Of a stretch of 64,000 bases of DNA, positions 10,601-19,947 are shown piece after piece (position 1 is the first letter of the stretch; each line of letters begins with the position of its first letter). The stretch covers positions 160,001-224,000 of the forward strand of contig OZ241981.1 in NCBI GenBank assembly GCA_965204345.1, given 5' to 3'. The translations under genes were made by a program, and so were the position numbers. The notes under the pieces were generated by a model, which was not told where the DNA came from, ran no database searches, and saw nothing but the letters and a program-made list of their open reading frames with translations. The stretch is from Nitrosopumilus sp. GTDB lineage: Archaea > Thermoproteota > Nitrososphaeria > Nitrososphaerales > Nitrosopumilaceae.

Positions 10601-12295
10601 TGGAGTGGCACCATTGCCGTTCCAACCCTTGTTACTGCTGGCACTGCTGTTGATCCTCCAGCCTCAAATGACGAGATAGGACTGGCATTCTCAGTCGGTG
10701 ATGGCAACACCAGATTAACATTTGATCAGGCAGTCAGGTTACTCTTGCCTGGCCAGGCAGACCATGAGGGAGCCTTTTTCTCAGGAGAGGATACAGATGG
10801 CAACGTGATATCACGATCACTGGTTGTGTGTCCGTTTGTTCCTGTCAATCAGACTACTGCCAATGACAATATTGGAGCTGGCACTGCGTTGGAATCCTGT
10901 TTTGTTCGTGATGCTCCTGATATGATCATCTGGACCACGCACTTTAGCTCATTTGGCTCATTCTCTACGGTTCCTGTAGACCCTACACCATCCACACCTT
11001 CTAGTAGCCGCAGTAGTAGTGGTGGCGGTGGCGGTGGTGGCGGTGGCGGTGGCGGTGGTGGCGGTGGCGGTACCTCCTCCTCCTCCTTCAGCGGCTCATC
11101 TGCTGCAAACAATGCCTCCGAAGCTGTTTTGTACGACGTACAGTGGGATGTCTGTGAGGCAAACACAATCAACGTAATAGCTGGTCCTGTAACTGACAGT
11201 CTCTCTGTAAAGCTTAGAACCAACGCAGGCATAATCACGGCAGAACGCTCTGATGAGCAGCCCTATACTGGAAGAATCTCATTTGATGCAAGCCTCTCAC
11301 CAAACGAGTCATTTGTACGCGTACATGTGGAAAATATCGCAGCAAGGGGAATATCAACTGATTCAAAGTCATTTAACCTCACCGAGTGTTCTGGTTCTGT
11401 ATCTGTAAACACATACGAGTTATCATCATCGCCTGTTATTACCGGTGGCAGTGCAGATGTAACACCTGATCTGCCATCCAAAAAAGCGGATTTCTCAGAT
11501 GACATTATCATGCCAGGCCCCATCCAAGTACAAACGCCTGACATAATACGTGAGTTCCTCAACGACTTTGCAGATATTACCAATACTAACACGGGTATGA
11601 AACTCACTGAATTCCAGACACTGCAATCAAACCCTGACAGATATGCCAAGACCGTCCTGGGAATCAGCGGACAGACAGTTACCACAGTTGCATTGGCAGA
11701 CAGACCCATCTCAGAGGAGAGTAACAACAACAGTGCAAACCTCTTCTTGCAAATCTCATCCAATGGTGAGAAGGTCAACTCCATGAGGGGCGTTCTCTTG
11801 GGAGGTGACACCATTGAGATTGTGGCAGGAGACAAAAGTAAGATCATCGTTCCAACATCTGCAGAAATTGCAATTGCATCTGGGGATGCAAACGTGACAG
11901 TATCTCAAAAATCAAGCATGAAAATTAATGACGGATCAACGCAGGTTGATCTGCCAGACGTGCTCAGAGAATTCCTAAATACCAACATTGAATTTACAAA
12001 CGAGGATACCGGTGAGGCACTAACGCAATACGTGGTGTTGCAGTCAGTACCAGATGTGTTTGCAGAAAAAGAACTTGGAATCTCAGGACAAACCGTAACT
12101 ATCATCGCGTTCCCAGACAGGTATGGCAGAGCAGACAGCAATGATGACCTGAATGTCTTTGTACAGTTTACGCACACTGATGAGCAGGTCAACTCTTTGA
12201 GAGGCATCCAGCAGGGCGGCAACGCAATCAGCGTTAGCACCAACGGCGCTGAGCAGGGAACACTGACACAGACAGTAGAGATTCCGCTGGGCTAG
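4622..12295 (+). CDS. Giant secreted/surface protein: Zn-metallopeptidase domain + HYR repeats + Ig-like repeats + S-layer-like domain + duplicated C-terminal domain
   Basis: Signal peptide; LHEFGH plus downstream WTEGWA; three HYR units (FPLG.T.V.WTATD.AGN); four Ig-like units (PFT..F..DV..F...DITV); IWTTHFS; poly-Gly linker; two 'PD..REFLN...LGISGQTVT' repeats. Confidence 0.85.
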   Translation: MPTLSMAGIAVSGFLVLVAVMMIMAVMMPAHAATSDSPLDQHHAGIPIDGIQCNDGKLLMVNLAGKPVCVTGDSAMKLGDGGSSGSSIYATTAHTPETSQKANEPLSEKITSQTDTHVFTDKEKQIIADYKKSSILSSPGILIHSYSLDLSESPKVGQTAMINFTGIYTDNTNFEPYMEPFTLKVFANPGDKVLFHDDAVTNAGSDDPTIFVPFDNKVGYVVDEPVPGRAYTVMVTVEILEEGFIEIDALRFDSLESRGGVYLAISDEYSISENEYMDEGHTFLDHIILARASSSESFAPQEDSGLGNEARSEDEIVDEVLTDKRVAEIYANHLRLLGEIVVNDIGKVNDDLIGWLADKSLPLDDVKIILRHSNFTQAQVDDVMERYEADYTGPPDMTDGEATAAAAATTVVAAAATTTTTTADGSPTDTAAAPAFPVAATQEASVGAAEDSSSNTFSIEGTVSAQLYLSRTTQPINGIEVCAYDQLGSTRSALTVLLTTEGEDACTFTSNRGEYRIDSIQNDDPDDESNVDLVIRVSSRGSNDLVVHGISGVYIESSTRVLNFSDDTRMFDFVLNGRDARASGIINAISDGRDFFSHHGIPPEELTVKWEYRRLASVFPDYTRNNAGYILSANTIFLSSFPSIADNALHKDLILHEFGHYIMDIQGVFPFLLRCYTDLNNDGDFDDIGETSHYLQHPTNRTCAWTEGWANFVPNLVTNSSSFDSTPFGIINLEQDRQQLTTNNFIDFLPVDDFDLIGELVEGQVAGALWDIKDHNVDEIFDNLEQSSNGTNLDNLQLGDDEIIDVFKNGRYHNFRDFYAAWEDTEYDSSSDIMRLHHMNFAIPNDLPPPSNIVTDSFNTLDNWSQSGASCSVRISEICFNTLDHWSQSDNDMWEINSAHKTIPDSASDNTVATSSNCGSACFITLNQPLDIREPLVVSFDRFVDRRINSDEGLYVQYMTDSRWVTLAQYTGMNGNNTDNWHSEALTLSLRDQSQTLLRFVADSSGDNEFVEIDNFNISPLPFTFTAGFTTEFVITLYFPVGHDTNFTASDFSLSEGAINSISVSRNGEILRMFTSGIPYSTPVTVTYVGSDFGFDGSDSQSRPTATVTNFGRPDRSTFADITLRNGETRTVSVSAPNADHGPVSWDLLEAPDFVSISRTGNGTADVIISPHNATVGTYLVRVFAEVVSFSGRSIDIHVTIDDGDDNTDPPDTTNPVITAPADLTVEATDIRTPVNTGTASAADNSGPSPDITHDAPPDNFPLGPTTVTWTATDAAGNTATATQTITVQDTTPPAIQKPEDITEEATSSLTAIQLADPTVTDIFPFTINSNATASFPLGDTIIAWTATDESRNISTTTSTVTLVDTTPPTIVQPAPITVDATAELTPVSISAPAATDTVDSGVVVAVTDSNTASFAVGTHNVVWTATDDSGNTATLTQTVTVRDAVPTDPPDNPDTVTLTVSVATTAGDLTNLATVPFTATFNKDVVFDLGDITVTGTANDGNPTASNLGRTGSIYTFDVARGSTDGTVTVSIDANALTDSAGNPNTASAPVTVTIDTLAPAVSVTSSAGSRTGLDTVPFTVEFNEDVENFVLDDITVTGDANGGTLAATGFETVDARTYTFNVAGISSDGTVTVSVAADVAADLAGNPNTASAPVTVTVDTTVPSVSLDTTAADPTNSEVIPFTAIFSGNVTGFERSDIVVAIDGTQVSNSEISLDLGGENSVVVSIGSTQASDSLITAFNVINGTHYNFAVTHGITTDGKLAVSIPDGVVAGGNTGAVHTITVDMVNPSVSITPADGTTITGDDPVTFTATFDEDVENFELDDITIAGTANGGTPTASNINGEGSVYTFNVARGSTDGTVTVSIGAGMAADLAGNPNEASNSVTVTISTTGDEIEADIPSGGDGGVVTYEPSSNLITLNVVSDTLPDTIIATDGQLLDFNATPTFADDAASGVKSVRISDSTTEVITDVSDSQTVSVTYPAGIVVNGSSNDWSGTIAVPTLVTAGTAVDPPASNDEIGLAFSVGDGNTRLTFDQAVRLLLPGQADHEGAFFSGEDTDGNVISRSLVVCPFVPVNQTTANDNIGAGTALESCFVRDAPDMIIWTTHFSSFGSFSTVPVDPTPSTPSSSRSSSGGGGGGGGGGGGGGGGGTSSSSFSGSSAANNASEAVLYDVQWDVCEANTINVIAGPVTDSLSVKLRTNAGIITAERSDEQPYTGRISFDASLSPNESFVRVHVENIAARGISTDSKSFNLTECSGSVSVNTYELSSSPVITGGSADVTPDLPSKKADFSDDIIMPGPIQVQTPDIIREFLNDFADITNTNTGMKLTEFQTLQSNPDRYAKTVLGISGQTVTTVALADRPISEESNNNSANLFLQISSNGEKVNSMRGVLLGGDTIEIVAGDKSKIIVPTSAEIAIASGDANVTVSQKSSMKINDGSTQVDLPDVLREFLNTNIEFTNEDTGEALTQYVVLQSVPDVFAEKELGISGQTVTIIAFPDRYGRADSNDDLNVFVQFTHTDEQVNSLRGIQQGGNAISVSTNGAEQGTLTQTVEIPLG
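5824..5890 (+). repeat. In-frame GCA/ACA/GTA microsatellite (poly-Ala/Thr)
   Basis: Trinucleotide runs encoding ATAAAAATTVVAAAATTTTTTA. Confidence 0.9.
7191..7289. repeat. Repeat-spacer-repeat unit 2: 33-bp direct repeat (1 mismatch) around 33-bp unique insert
   Basis: GTTTTAACACGCTTGAC(A/C)ATTGGAGTCAATCTG at 7191-7223 and 7257-7289. Confidence 0.95.
11021..11088 (+). repeat. GGT/GGC poly-Gly and TCC poly-Ser linker
   Basis: Run of Gly codons followed by Ser codons. Confidence 0.9.
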
Positions 12296-12344
12296 CCTTT
12301 CTTCCTCCTTTGCCATTCTCGCTATCTTCAGGTATTTTTGATCC

Positions 12345-12530
12345 ATTATACTGCAAGGCAGTTTTTGGGTCAGGTAAATTCTGACTAGCGAAATTTGACA
12401 GTAAACTGCAAAAGAGACGGTTTTCTTAAAAAAAGAATTGCATATTCTGGCCATTAAAAAATCCCAAAAGAGGTGCAATACTAGATCTCTCAGATTTGTG
12501 GCATAAAACACCAAAACTTATCAGAACTCC
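12345..12530 (+). repeat. Degenerate intergenic repeat downstream of the giant gene (partner at ~4410-4597)
   Basis: Same colinear blocks as the upstream copy. Confidence 0.55.
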
Positions 12531-12862
12531 AACTCACCCCTTGAGAATTAACACTGGGAATACCGCACGCTCATCACTTTTTTTAGAAATCCTTGGAAAC
12601 CTAGAAAAGTTAGACCCAGAGTAATAATGCATCCGTCATATTCAATAGGTGCGATGAGAATGATATGCAGACATTGAAGAAAGTCCTCGGATACCTGCTT
12701 GCAAGAACCCATCGACAAGATGGCTACACATCAAAATGACACCAAGATTGAACAGTGTACATAAGACAAACTTTGTCTGCACACCAACCAATTGCATGTC
12801 TGACTTTTGCATGTTTTCTCGATTCTGCTTAGTTGAAATACTGGCTTTTATCTGTCATAAAC

Positions 12863-13678
12863 ATGAATGGATTCATTTTCATTTTGCCCTTGCTGGCCGT
12901 ATTGGCAGCAGGCTCCCCGCTGTCTTTGGTTTTTGCTGAAACTTTTGATATCAAAATACCCTTTGGTGCATCCGACCCTAATGCCCCTTTCTTTTGGTCT
13001 GAAACATCCACAGGCATTACCACTGGCAAAATTACTGTTTATCCAGGAGATTCAGTCACCTGGCATAATGCAGACACTGCCTTTCACACTATAACTTCTG
13101 TTACTCCCTCTGGTGAGGAAGATGGCCTTTTTGATAGTGGCTTTTTTACTGCTGGCAAGTCATACACTAAACAATTTGATGATCCGGGGGATTTTTACTA
13201 TTACTGCAGTCTCCACCCTTACATGAGTGGGATAGTCCATGTTGTGACAAATAAGGGAACCGTGCAATCCATCCCCAATGTTGGTTCCGGGTATGGCGAG
13301 GATGGCTTGGGCTTTGAGGTAAAATACATTCTTGACGCCAATTTGCAAAAAGACGTACATGTAAATCCTGATGATAAAAGCCTGACCTTTAGAATTTCAG
13401 GTTTGAGCGCTAGTGAGCAGATTACAATCATGCTTCCTGCCGGACTAATTGAAAACCCAAACATTGTCCTTGTTGATGGCACAAATACGTCTTTTGAAAA
13501 ATCCCCAATCCCTGCTGGCTCACAAATGATATTTTCTCTTTCTGCGGGCTCTCAAGAGATTAAAATAATTGGAACAAAGGTAATTCCAGAATTTGGATTT
13601 TTGGCATTGACCGTACTAAGCATTGGCCTTGTTTCAACATTGTTTTTGGCACGCTCTAGGCTGTCTCTTATCAGATGA
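12863..13678 (+). CDS. Cupredoxin (plastocyanin/azurin-like) protein with PEFG-CTERM sorting signal
   Basis: VTW.N.D...HTITS, YYCSLHPYM.G type-1 Cu ligands; C-terminal VIPEFG + TM helix + basic tail. Confidence 0.9.
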   Translation: MNGFIFILPLLAVLAAGSPLSLVFAETFDIKIPFGASDPNAPFFWSETSTGITTGKITVYPGDSVTWHNADTAFHTITSVTPSGEEDGLFDSGFFTAGKSYTKQFDDPGDFYYYCSLHPYMSGIVHVVTNKGTVQSIPNVGSGYGEDGLGFEVKYILDANLQKDVHVNPDDKSLTFRISGLSASEQITIMLPAGLIENPNIVLVDGTNTSFEKSPIPAGSQMIFSLSAGSQEIKIIGTKVIPEFGFLALTVLSIGLVSTLFLARSRLSLIR

Positions 13679-13881
13679 CATTCCTTACATTTGTGAGTGT
13701 TTTTTGTATTTTTTAAATAAATTTTAGATATTCATGACGCTGCTGTTTTATGTCGCCTGGTGTGTTATGCTGTGAGGACTTCTAGTTTGGCAGGCATAAT
13801 GGAAAATTTGAGCTTCCCCTCCACGAACTCAAATATTTCACTGCCATTCTAAGACGACTCTGTCTCTCTCTCTCTTTTTCC

Positions 13882-14682
13882 TTACAGCACTGTCTGTCTC
13901 TTGAGACTTTTTGTAAATGATGCAATTTTTGCTTCCAGCTTTTTTTGAGGTGTCTTTTCAATTAACTCTAGATATGCACTTCCAACAATTACTGCATCTG
14001 CACCTGCGTTGACGTATCTTCTTACATCCTGCGGCGTTGAAACTCCAAACCCGATTCCTATTGGAATGTCTCCCTTGGTCTGTCTTTTGATTTGTCTTAT
14101 TGCATCTAGCGTGTATTTCTTGATTCTGGTTTTTACCCCGGTTGTACCAAACACTGCAACCAAGTACAAAAATCCGGATGTTGCTTTGGATATTTTTTGA
14201 ATTCTTGCCTTCTCTGTATTTGGAGATATTAGAAATATGGTATCTGTCTTGTCTTTTGCGGCGTTTAGATACTCTTCTGACTCTTCAATGGACATGTCAG
14301 GCAGGATAAATCCGTCAATGCCTGCATCTTTGGCATCTGTGACGAATTTTGCATATCCCTTGTGGTATAGGATGTTTGTATATGTCATTAGCACTAGTGG
14401 GATGTCTGTCTCTTTTCTAATCTTCTTGACAAGATTGAAAAACTTTGCAATTTCCGTTCCTTTTTCTAGTGATACCGTGCTTGCATTTTGAATAACCGGT
14501 CCGTCTGCTAGAGGATCTGAAAACGGAAAACCCAATTCAATAATGTCTGCTCCCCCCTTTATGAGCCCCCTCACTGCAGATAACGTGGATTTTTCATTGG
14601 GAAATCCTGCCATGATGTATGAGACTAGGGCCTTTTCATTTTTTGACTCCAATTCCGTAAATTTTTCCTTAATTCTTGACAT
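13882..14682 (-). CDS. trpA: Tryptophan synthase alpha chain
   Basis: [33 protein letters not shown]. Confidence 0.97.
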   Translation of the reverse strand: MSRIKEKFTELESKNEKALVSYIMAGFPNEKSTLSAVRGLIKGGADIIELGFPFSDPLADGPVIQNASTVSLEKGTEIAKFFNLVKKIRKETDIPLVLMTYTNILYHKGYAKFVTDAKDAGIDGFILPDMSIEESEEYLNAAKDKTDTIFLISPNTEKARIQKISKATSGFLYLVAVFGTTGVKTRIKKYTLDAIRQIKRQTKGDIPIGIGFGVSTPQDVRRYVNAGADAVIVGSAYLELIEKTPQKKLEAKIASFTKSLKRQTVL

Positions 14683-15859
14683 GTTTATTCAGATAATTCT
14701 GTACTTCCTCAATGTCCTTGTCTCCCCTTCCCGAAAGCGTCACTACAATTGATTCAGACTTTTTGCTTTTTCTTGCAACCTTGACTGCCTCTGCTATTGC
14801 ATGTGATGATTCTAGTGCGGGTATTATTCCCTCAGTTCTTGTTAGCATTACAAATGCATCTATGACTTCTGCATCCGTTGCCGCATGGTACTTGACTCGC
14901 TTTGTATCCTTATAGTAAGAGTGCTCAGGGCCTACTCCCGGATAGTCCAATCCTGCTGAGATACTGTGTGTCTCAGTTACCTGTCCCTCTTTATCTTGCA
15001 ATAGGTATGTTAGCATTCCATGCAAAACACCCTTGCTTCCAGATGACAGTGTAGCCGAATGCATTTTTGATTTTAATCCATGGCCTGCAGCTTCTACTCC
15101 GATAATTTGGGAATTTGAGTCAACTAGTGGGTAAAACGTGCCAATTGCATTAGAACCTCCCCCCACACATGCAATTACCGTATCTGGCGTCTTGCCATTA
15201 ATTTTTTTCATTTGTGACTTTATTTCATTTCCAATCACGCTTTGAAAGTCCCTGACCATTACAGGATACGGGTGCGGTCCGACTGCTGATCCTAGCAAGT
15301 AATATGTGTTTTTTACATTTGTAATCCAGTCACGAATTGCCTCATTAATTGCGTCCTTGAGTGTCTGTGAGCCTGATTTTACCGGGTGAACTGCGCATCC
15401 AAGCATACTCATTCGGAAGACATTCTGTTTTTGTCTGACTGTATCCCTATACCCCATGTATACCTCAGCCTTCATTCCCAATGCAGCACATGCCATTGCA
15501 GTTGCAACACCATGCTGACCTGCACCCGTCTCTGCAATGATTCTTTTTTTGTTCATTTTTTTTGCAAGCAATGCCTGACCCAGGGTATTGTTTATTTTGT
15601 GAGCCCCCCCATGGAGCAGATCCTCCCTTTTTAGATATATTTTAGCACCCCCTAGCTTTTCAGACAGATTTTTTGCATAGTATAGCGGCGTTGGCCTGCC
15701 TGCATAGCTTTTTAGATGACAGTCTAATTCCTTTTTGAATTTTCTGTCACTTTTGATTTTTAGATAGTTTTCTTCCAACTCTTCGATTGCCGGAACTAGC
15801 GTTTCGGGAATATATCTTCCACCAAATTCTCCAAACCTTCCGTTTTTAGGATACCTCAA
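14669..15859 (-). CDS. trpB: Tryptophan synthase beta chain
   Basis: [45 protein letters not shown]. Confidence 0.98.
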   Translation of the reverse strand: MRYPKNGRFGEFGGRYIPETLVPAIEELEENYLKIKSDRKFKKELDCHLKSYAGRPTPLYYAKNLSEKLGGAKIYLKREDLLHGGAHKINNTLGQALLAKKMNKKRIIAETGAGQHGVATAMACAALGMKAEVYMGYRDTVRQKQNVFRMSMLGCAVHPVKSGSQTLKDAINEAIRDWITNVKNTYYLLGSAVGPHPYPVMVRDFQSVIGNEIKSQMKKINGKTPDTVIACVGGGSNAIGTFYPLVDSNSQIIGVEAAGHGLKSKMHSATLSSGSKGVLHGMLTYLLQDKEGQVTETHSISAGLDYPGVGPEHSYYKDTKRVKYHAATDAEVIDAFVMLTRTEGIIPALESSHAIAEAVKVARKSKKSESIVVTLSGRGDKDIEEVQNYLNKHVKN

Positions 15860-16632
15860 TATGCATTCACCAATTTTTTTACCTGCTCTTCAATGTTGTC
15901 ACTTTTCATTATGCTTGATCCTACAAGAAACGCACTTGCCCCACACTTTTTTAAATACCGGATGTCCTCAGACGTGCTGATTCCGCTCTCAGACAACACC
16001 GGTCTGGTACACTGATTATCCTCAAGAATATTTTTACTAGTCTCAAGATCAATTTCTAGCGTATCCAAATTCCTATTGTTAATTCCGATAAGATCAGCTC
16101 TTGTATTTAGCGCATTTTGCAGTTCTTGCCTTGTATGCACCTCAAGCAGTATTTTTAATCCCTGCCTGTGTCCATAGCCTATGAACTCATCAATCTCTGA
16201 GAGGAATTTTTGATCATACAGCGACTGAATAACTAGCATATAGTCTGCTCCCATCCTTTTTGCAGCGTCTACTTGGATTGTATCAATCATGATGTCCTTC
16301 ATTAGCATTGGCACATCTGTTGCTCTTCTAACCTTCATGAAATGTTCAGGTGATCCATGAAATAGATGTGGCTGTGTCAAAACTGATAATGCCCTTGAGC
16401 CTCCCGCAATCATCTGATTTGCGATTTTTACAGGATCTGCCAACGTTCTGATTTTGCCTAGTGAGGGGGATGCAAATTTCACTTCTGTGAGCAGTGTTGC
16501 ATGCGGGTTTGTTCTGATTGTTTCAATGAAATCCTTGGATGATCTTTGCAAATTCGCACTAATGTCATACACCCCATCATCAACTGCCATTTGAGAGTTG
16601 TTTACCAGTCTTCGTAGGATATTTTCAGCCAT
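15856..16632 (-). CDS. trpC: Indole-3-glycerol phosphate synthase
   Basis: [27 protein letters not shown]; operon context. Confidence 0.95.
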   Translation of the reverse strand: MAENILRRLVNNSQMAVDDGVYDISANLQRSSKDFIETIRTNPHATLLTEVKFASPSLGKIRTLADPVKIANQMIAGGSRALSVLTQPHLFHGSPEHFMKVRRATDVPMLMKDIMIDTIQVDAAKRMGADYMLVIQSLYDQKFLSEIDEFIGYGHRQGLKILLEVHTRQELQNALNTRADLIGINNRNLDTLEIDLETSKNILEDNQCTRPVLSESGISTSEDIRYLKKCGASAFLVGSSIMKSDNIEEQVKKLVNAY

Positions 16633-17671
16633 CTGCAACCTCCCTTAATTTTACAGCGTCTCCCGTATCTTGCACAAATTTTTCCAGTAATGAAAATGCC
16701 CTGCCGTCTCTTATAGTATTTAATGCCAATTCCACTGCTTCCTCAAAAGTATTGCAAACATCTGCAACAATTAGGCCCCCTGCAGCATTTAATGCCGTAG
16801 TCTCAATCATTGGCTGGTTGGCAGTGCCATTTAGCACTCTTACAAATGATTTTGCTGCCTCTTCTTTGGTTCTAATCTGAATGTTCTGCAAGGATGATTT
16901 GTGCAGCCCTACTGCCTCTGGATCAACTGTCTTTCTCAGAATTTTACCATTTTTTAACACACATACGCGGTTTGTTGCACTTGTGGAGAACTCGTCCATT
17001 CCGTCATCTGAACGCACCGTCATGACATTTTCAGCACCCCTTCTTTTTAGAATTAATGGCAACCTGTCTAGGTATTCACTGGAGAATACGCCTATTAGTT
17101 GGTTTCTGACTCTTGCCGGATTTGATAACGGGCCCAGCAAGTTAAATGCGGTCCTTTTCCCAATCTGTTTTCTAGCTGCTGAAACATGTTTCATTGCAGG
17201 ATGGAATTTTTGTGCAAACATAAAGCAGATATTGTGCCTTTGCAACGTCTCTGCAATCTTTATTGGCTCCAAGCTCAAATCATATCCAAAATATTCAAAA
17301 ATATCCGCACTTCCAGAAACCCCCGAACTTGAGCGGTTTCCGTGCTTGGCCACCGTACCTCCAGCTGCTGCCACAACAAATGATGCAGTTGTAGAGATGT
17401 TAAATGTCTGCAGTCTGTCCCCTCCCGTACCGCACATGTCTATGACTGTTCCCTTGTTTTTGACCCCGATCTTTAATGAAAATTCTTGCATCTTCTCAAG
17501 CATGCCCAACAGCTCATCATCTGTCTCTCCTTTTTCTGCAAGTGCTGATAGGAAACTCGCATTTTGAGCATCATCTGTCTTGCCCGTTAGCATTTTTGTC
17601 ATGACCTGGTTTATCTCATCGTATGTCAGATCTGTTTTTTTCTGCAGTTTTGCAATCAAATCCAAAATCAT
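16625..17671 (-). CDS. trpD: Anthranilate phosphoribosyltransferase
   Basis: DMCGTGGD..TFNIST, KHGNRSSS..SGSAD, FNLLGPLSNP. Confidence 0.97.
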   Translation of the reverse strand: MILDLIAKLQKKTDLTYDEINQVMTKMLTGKTDDAQNASFLSALAEKGETDDELLGMLEKMQEFSLKIGVKNKGTVIDMCGTGGDRLQTFNISTTASFVVAAAGGTVAKHGNRSSSGVSGSADIFEYFGYDLSLEPIKIAETLQRHNICFMFAQKFHPAMKHVSAARKQIGKRTAFNLLGPLSNPARVRNQLIGVFSSEYLDRLPLILKRRGAENVMTVRSDDGMDEFSTSATNRVCVLKNGKILRKTVDPEAVGLHKSSLQNIQIRTKEEAAKSFVRVLNGTANQPMIETTALNAAGGLIVADVCNTFEEAVELALNTIRDGRAFSLLEKFVQDTGDAVKLREVADG

Positions 17672-18264
17672 CTCCTCTTCTCCTTTACTTGGCTTATGAA
17701 ATTCCCCAGAATTTTTTTGCCGTCTTCAGTCATTATTGACTCTGGATGAAATTGCACGCCCTGAATGAGGTATTCTTTGTGCTCAATGGCCATGACCTCG
17801 TTATCATCAGATGCCGTTGCTATTACTTTTAATACTTTTGGGATTTCTGTTCTGTCTCCGACCAGACTGTGGTATCTGGTTGCTCTAAACGGGTTTCTTA
17901 CGCCTGCAAATAGTTTTGATTCCTTATAACTGACAGGACTTGTTTTCCCGTGTCTTACATGTCCTGCATTTGTTACCTTGCCTCCAAACGCATCAATAAT
18001 CCCCTGATGTCCCAAGCATACCCCTAAAATTGGCATCTCTGATCCCATATCCTTGATTACCTTGGAGCATACCCCAAAGTATTTTTCATCTTCGGGGGTT
18101 CCGGGACCTGGCGAGATTATTACTGCATCGTAATTTTTTTCCTTGATTTCTTGCAGCGTAATCCTGTCATTTCTAATCACATCACATGTTACTCCTAGTT
18201 CTCCTAAATATTGTGCAATGTTGTATACAAAGGAATCATAGTTGTCTATAATTAAAAACTTCAA
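17668..18264 (-). CDS. trpG: Anthranilate synthase component II (glutamine amidotransferase)
   Basis: IDNYDSFVYN, SPGPG, GVCLGHQ, QFHPES. Confidence 0.97.
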   Translation of the reverse strand: MKFLIIDNYDSFVYNIAQYLGELGVTCDVIRNDRITLQEIKEKNYDAVIISPGPGTPEDEKYFGVCSKVIKDMGSEMPILGVCLGHQGIIDAFGGKVTNAGHVRHGKTSPVSYKESKLFAGVRNPFRATRYHSLVGDRTEIPKVLKVIATASDDNEVMAIEHKEYLIQGVQFHPESIMTEDGKKILGNFISQVKEKRR

Positions 18265-19610
18265 CCTGATGACTCCTTTAGTGCCTGAAGCATTGCATCT
18301 GCCTTGTGTTCTGTTTCCTTGAATTCGTTTTCTGCAACAGAGTCTGAAACAATTCCTGCTCCTGACTGGAGAAAACCCTTGCCGTCTTCTATGAATATGC
18401 TTCTAATGGCTATTGCAAAATCACAGCATCCGTTATATGAAAAATAGCCTACAGCTCCCGCGTATGGTCCCCTTGCCTCTGTTTCTAATTCGTCTATGAT
18501 CTGCATTGCCCTCACTTTTGGTGCCCCTGACACTGTTCCTGCCGGAAATACTGCCTCAAACGCATCAAACATGTCTTTTTCAGGCGCTAAATTCCCTACC
18601 ACATGGCTTACAATGTGTTGGACATGACTGAACCGCTTGATCTCCATTAGTGATTCTGGATGAACCGTTCCATATCTGCATACTCTGCCAATGTCGTTTC
18701 TGCCCAAATCAACTAGCATTGTATGTTCTGCCAACTCCTTTTCATCATGAATTAATTCCTCAGATAATCTTTTGTTCTTTTCTTCATCATCTGTAATTTT
18801 TCTAGTTCCTGCAATTGGAAATGTTTCTACCCTGTCCCCTGTAATCCTAACTAGCATTTCAGGTGATGCCCCAATTATTGTCTTGGTGTTTTGTTTTAAG
18901 TGATACATGTATGGTGATGGATTTAGCTTCCTTAGTGTTTTGTATAGCGTCAAGTCATCTCCCACCGCATCAAATGTAAATTTTCTAGACAGTACCACTT
19001 GAAAAATATCCCCATCATGAACGTATTTTTTTGCTTTGTTTACCATCTCTGAATATTTCTCCTTGTCCATATTTGCAGTCACATCGCCTGAATCAAAGTC
19101 TCCAAAGGAACCATCACTCATAACCAATTCATTGAACCTGTTTTTATCATAGTAAAAATAAAATAATTTCTCACGAATCTGATCATATATTATGCCGTCA
19201 TCATAAATCCCAAATTCCATTAATGGCTGTGGTGAATTGTGATTATCTGCAATGTCCTCTACTAGTCTAACTGCATCATAGTTTACTACTCCTACAGCTC
19301 CTCCCAGATACCTGTATTTCTGATTGTCTGACTTTGCCAATATCTTTTTTAGTTCTGAAAACGGTTCTGATGTTTTAATGGTTTGCGTGTTGCCATCCTC
19401 AATAATCTCTACTTTGTCTGAGTAGCCCTTTAGAATTATTTTAGGATCAAATCCCATCACTGATGTCTCAGCTAGTGCTTCTGGGCCTGTTAGTGATTCA
19501 AAGAGAAACGAATGCAAGTAATTTCTTGATATTTTGTTATAAATTTGAAATTGGTTTTCAGACAAGTCTAGTGGTACTACTTTTGCCTGAATATTTCCAA
19601 AGGTGTCCAC
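18261..19610 (-). CDS. trpE: Anthranilate synthase component I
   Basis: NPSPYM, ASPE, PIAGT, KELAEHTMLVDLGRND, FPAGTVSGAPK. Confidence 0.97.
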   Translation of the reverse strand: MDTFGNIQAKVVPLDLSENQFQIYNKISRNYLHSFLFESLTGPEALAETSVMGFDPKIILKGYSDKVEIIEDGNTQTIKTSEPFSELKKILAKSDNQKYRYLGGAVGVVNYDAVRLVEDIADNHNSPQPLMEFGIYDDGIIYDQIREKLFYFYYDKNRFNELVMSDGSFGDFDSGDVTANMDKEKYSEMVNKAKKYVHDGDIFQVVLSRKFTFDAVGDDLTLYKTLRKLNPSPYMYHLKQNTKTIIGASPEMLVRITGDRVETFPIAGTRKITDDEEKNKRLSEELIHDEKELAEHTMLVDLGRNDIGRVCRYGTVHPESLMEIKRFSHVQHIVSHVVGNLAPEKDMFDAFEAVFPAGTVSGAPKVRAMQIIDELETEARGPYAGAVGYFSYNGCCDFAIAIRSIFIEDGKGFLQSGAGIVSDSVAENEFKETEHKADAMLQALKESSG

Positions 19611-19707
19611 CCATAGACAGATTTTTGATGGCTTGTTATTTAAAGTGATGAGGTGGTGTCAGTTGCCTACTTTTACCTGATCTTTTTGCCACTCAGGCAT
19701 AAACTAT

Positions 19708-19732
19708 TACCGTATAGTACGGTACCTTTATA
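19708..19732. promoter_or_regulatory. Palindrome TACCGTA-TAG-TACGGTA next to a TATA-like box
   Basis: Perfect 7-bp arms at 19708-19724, TTTATA just downstream, ~20 bp before ATG 19750; divergent from trpE. Confidence 0.55.
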
Positions 19733-19749
19733 GTCAGGTTCGTTGTAGT

Positions 19750-19947
19750 ATGATTGCCATGCCAGGGGTAAATCAAACAATCATGCAAGACATGCTGATT
19801 CTAAAAAAGCAAACAGCATCCACTACAGTAAGCAAGGTTGAATGCTATGTTTGTGGCAAGGGATTGCAGGACGGTCATTCCATTACTGCAAGAACGCTGC
19901 CAAATGGAATAGCCTTGTTCTGTGATGTCCACTATTATCAACAATAA
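19750..19947 (+). CDS. Small Zn-binding protein (CxxC...CxxH); C-terminus altered by insertion
   Basis: CYVC ... FCDVH. Confidence 0.7.
   Translation: MIAMPGVNQTIMQDMLILKKQTASTTVSKVECYVCGKGLQDGHSITARTLPNGIALFCDVHYYQQ

Noticed and set aside
8380-11847. Long antisense ORFs inside the giant gene (also opposite trpD and ilvD)
   Set aside because: Shadow frames caused by codon bias of the real genes.
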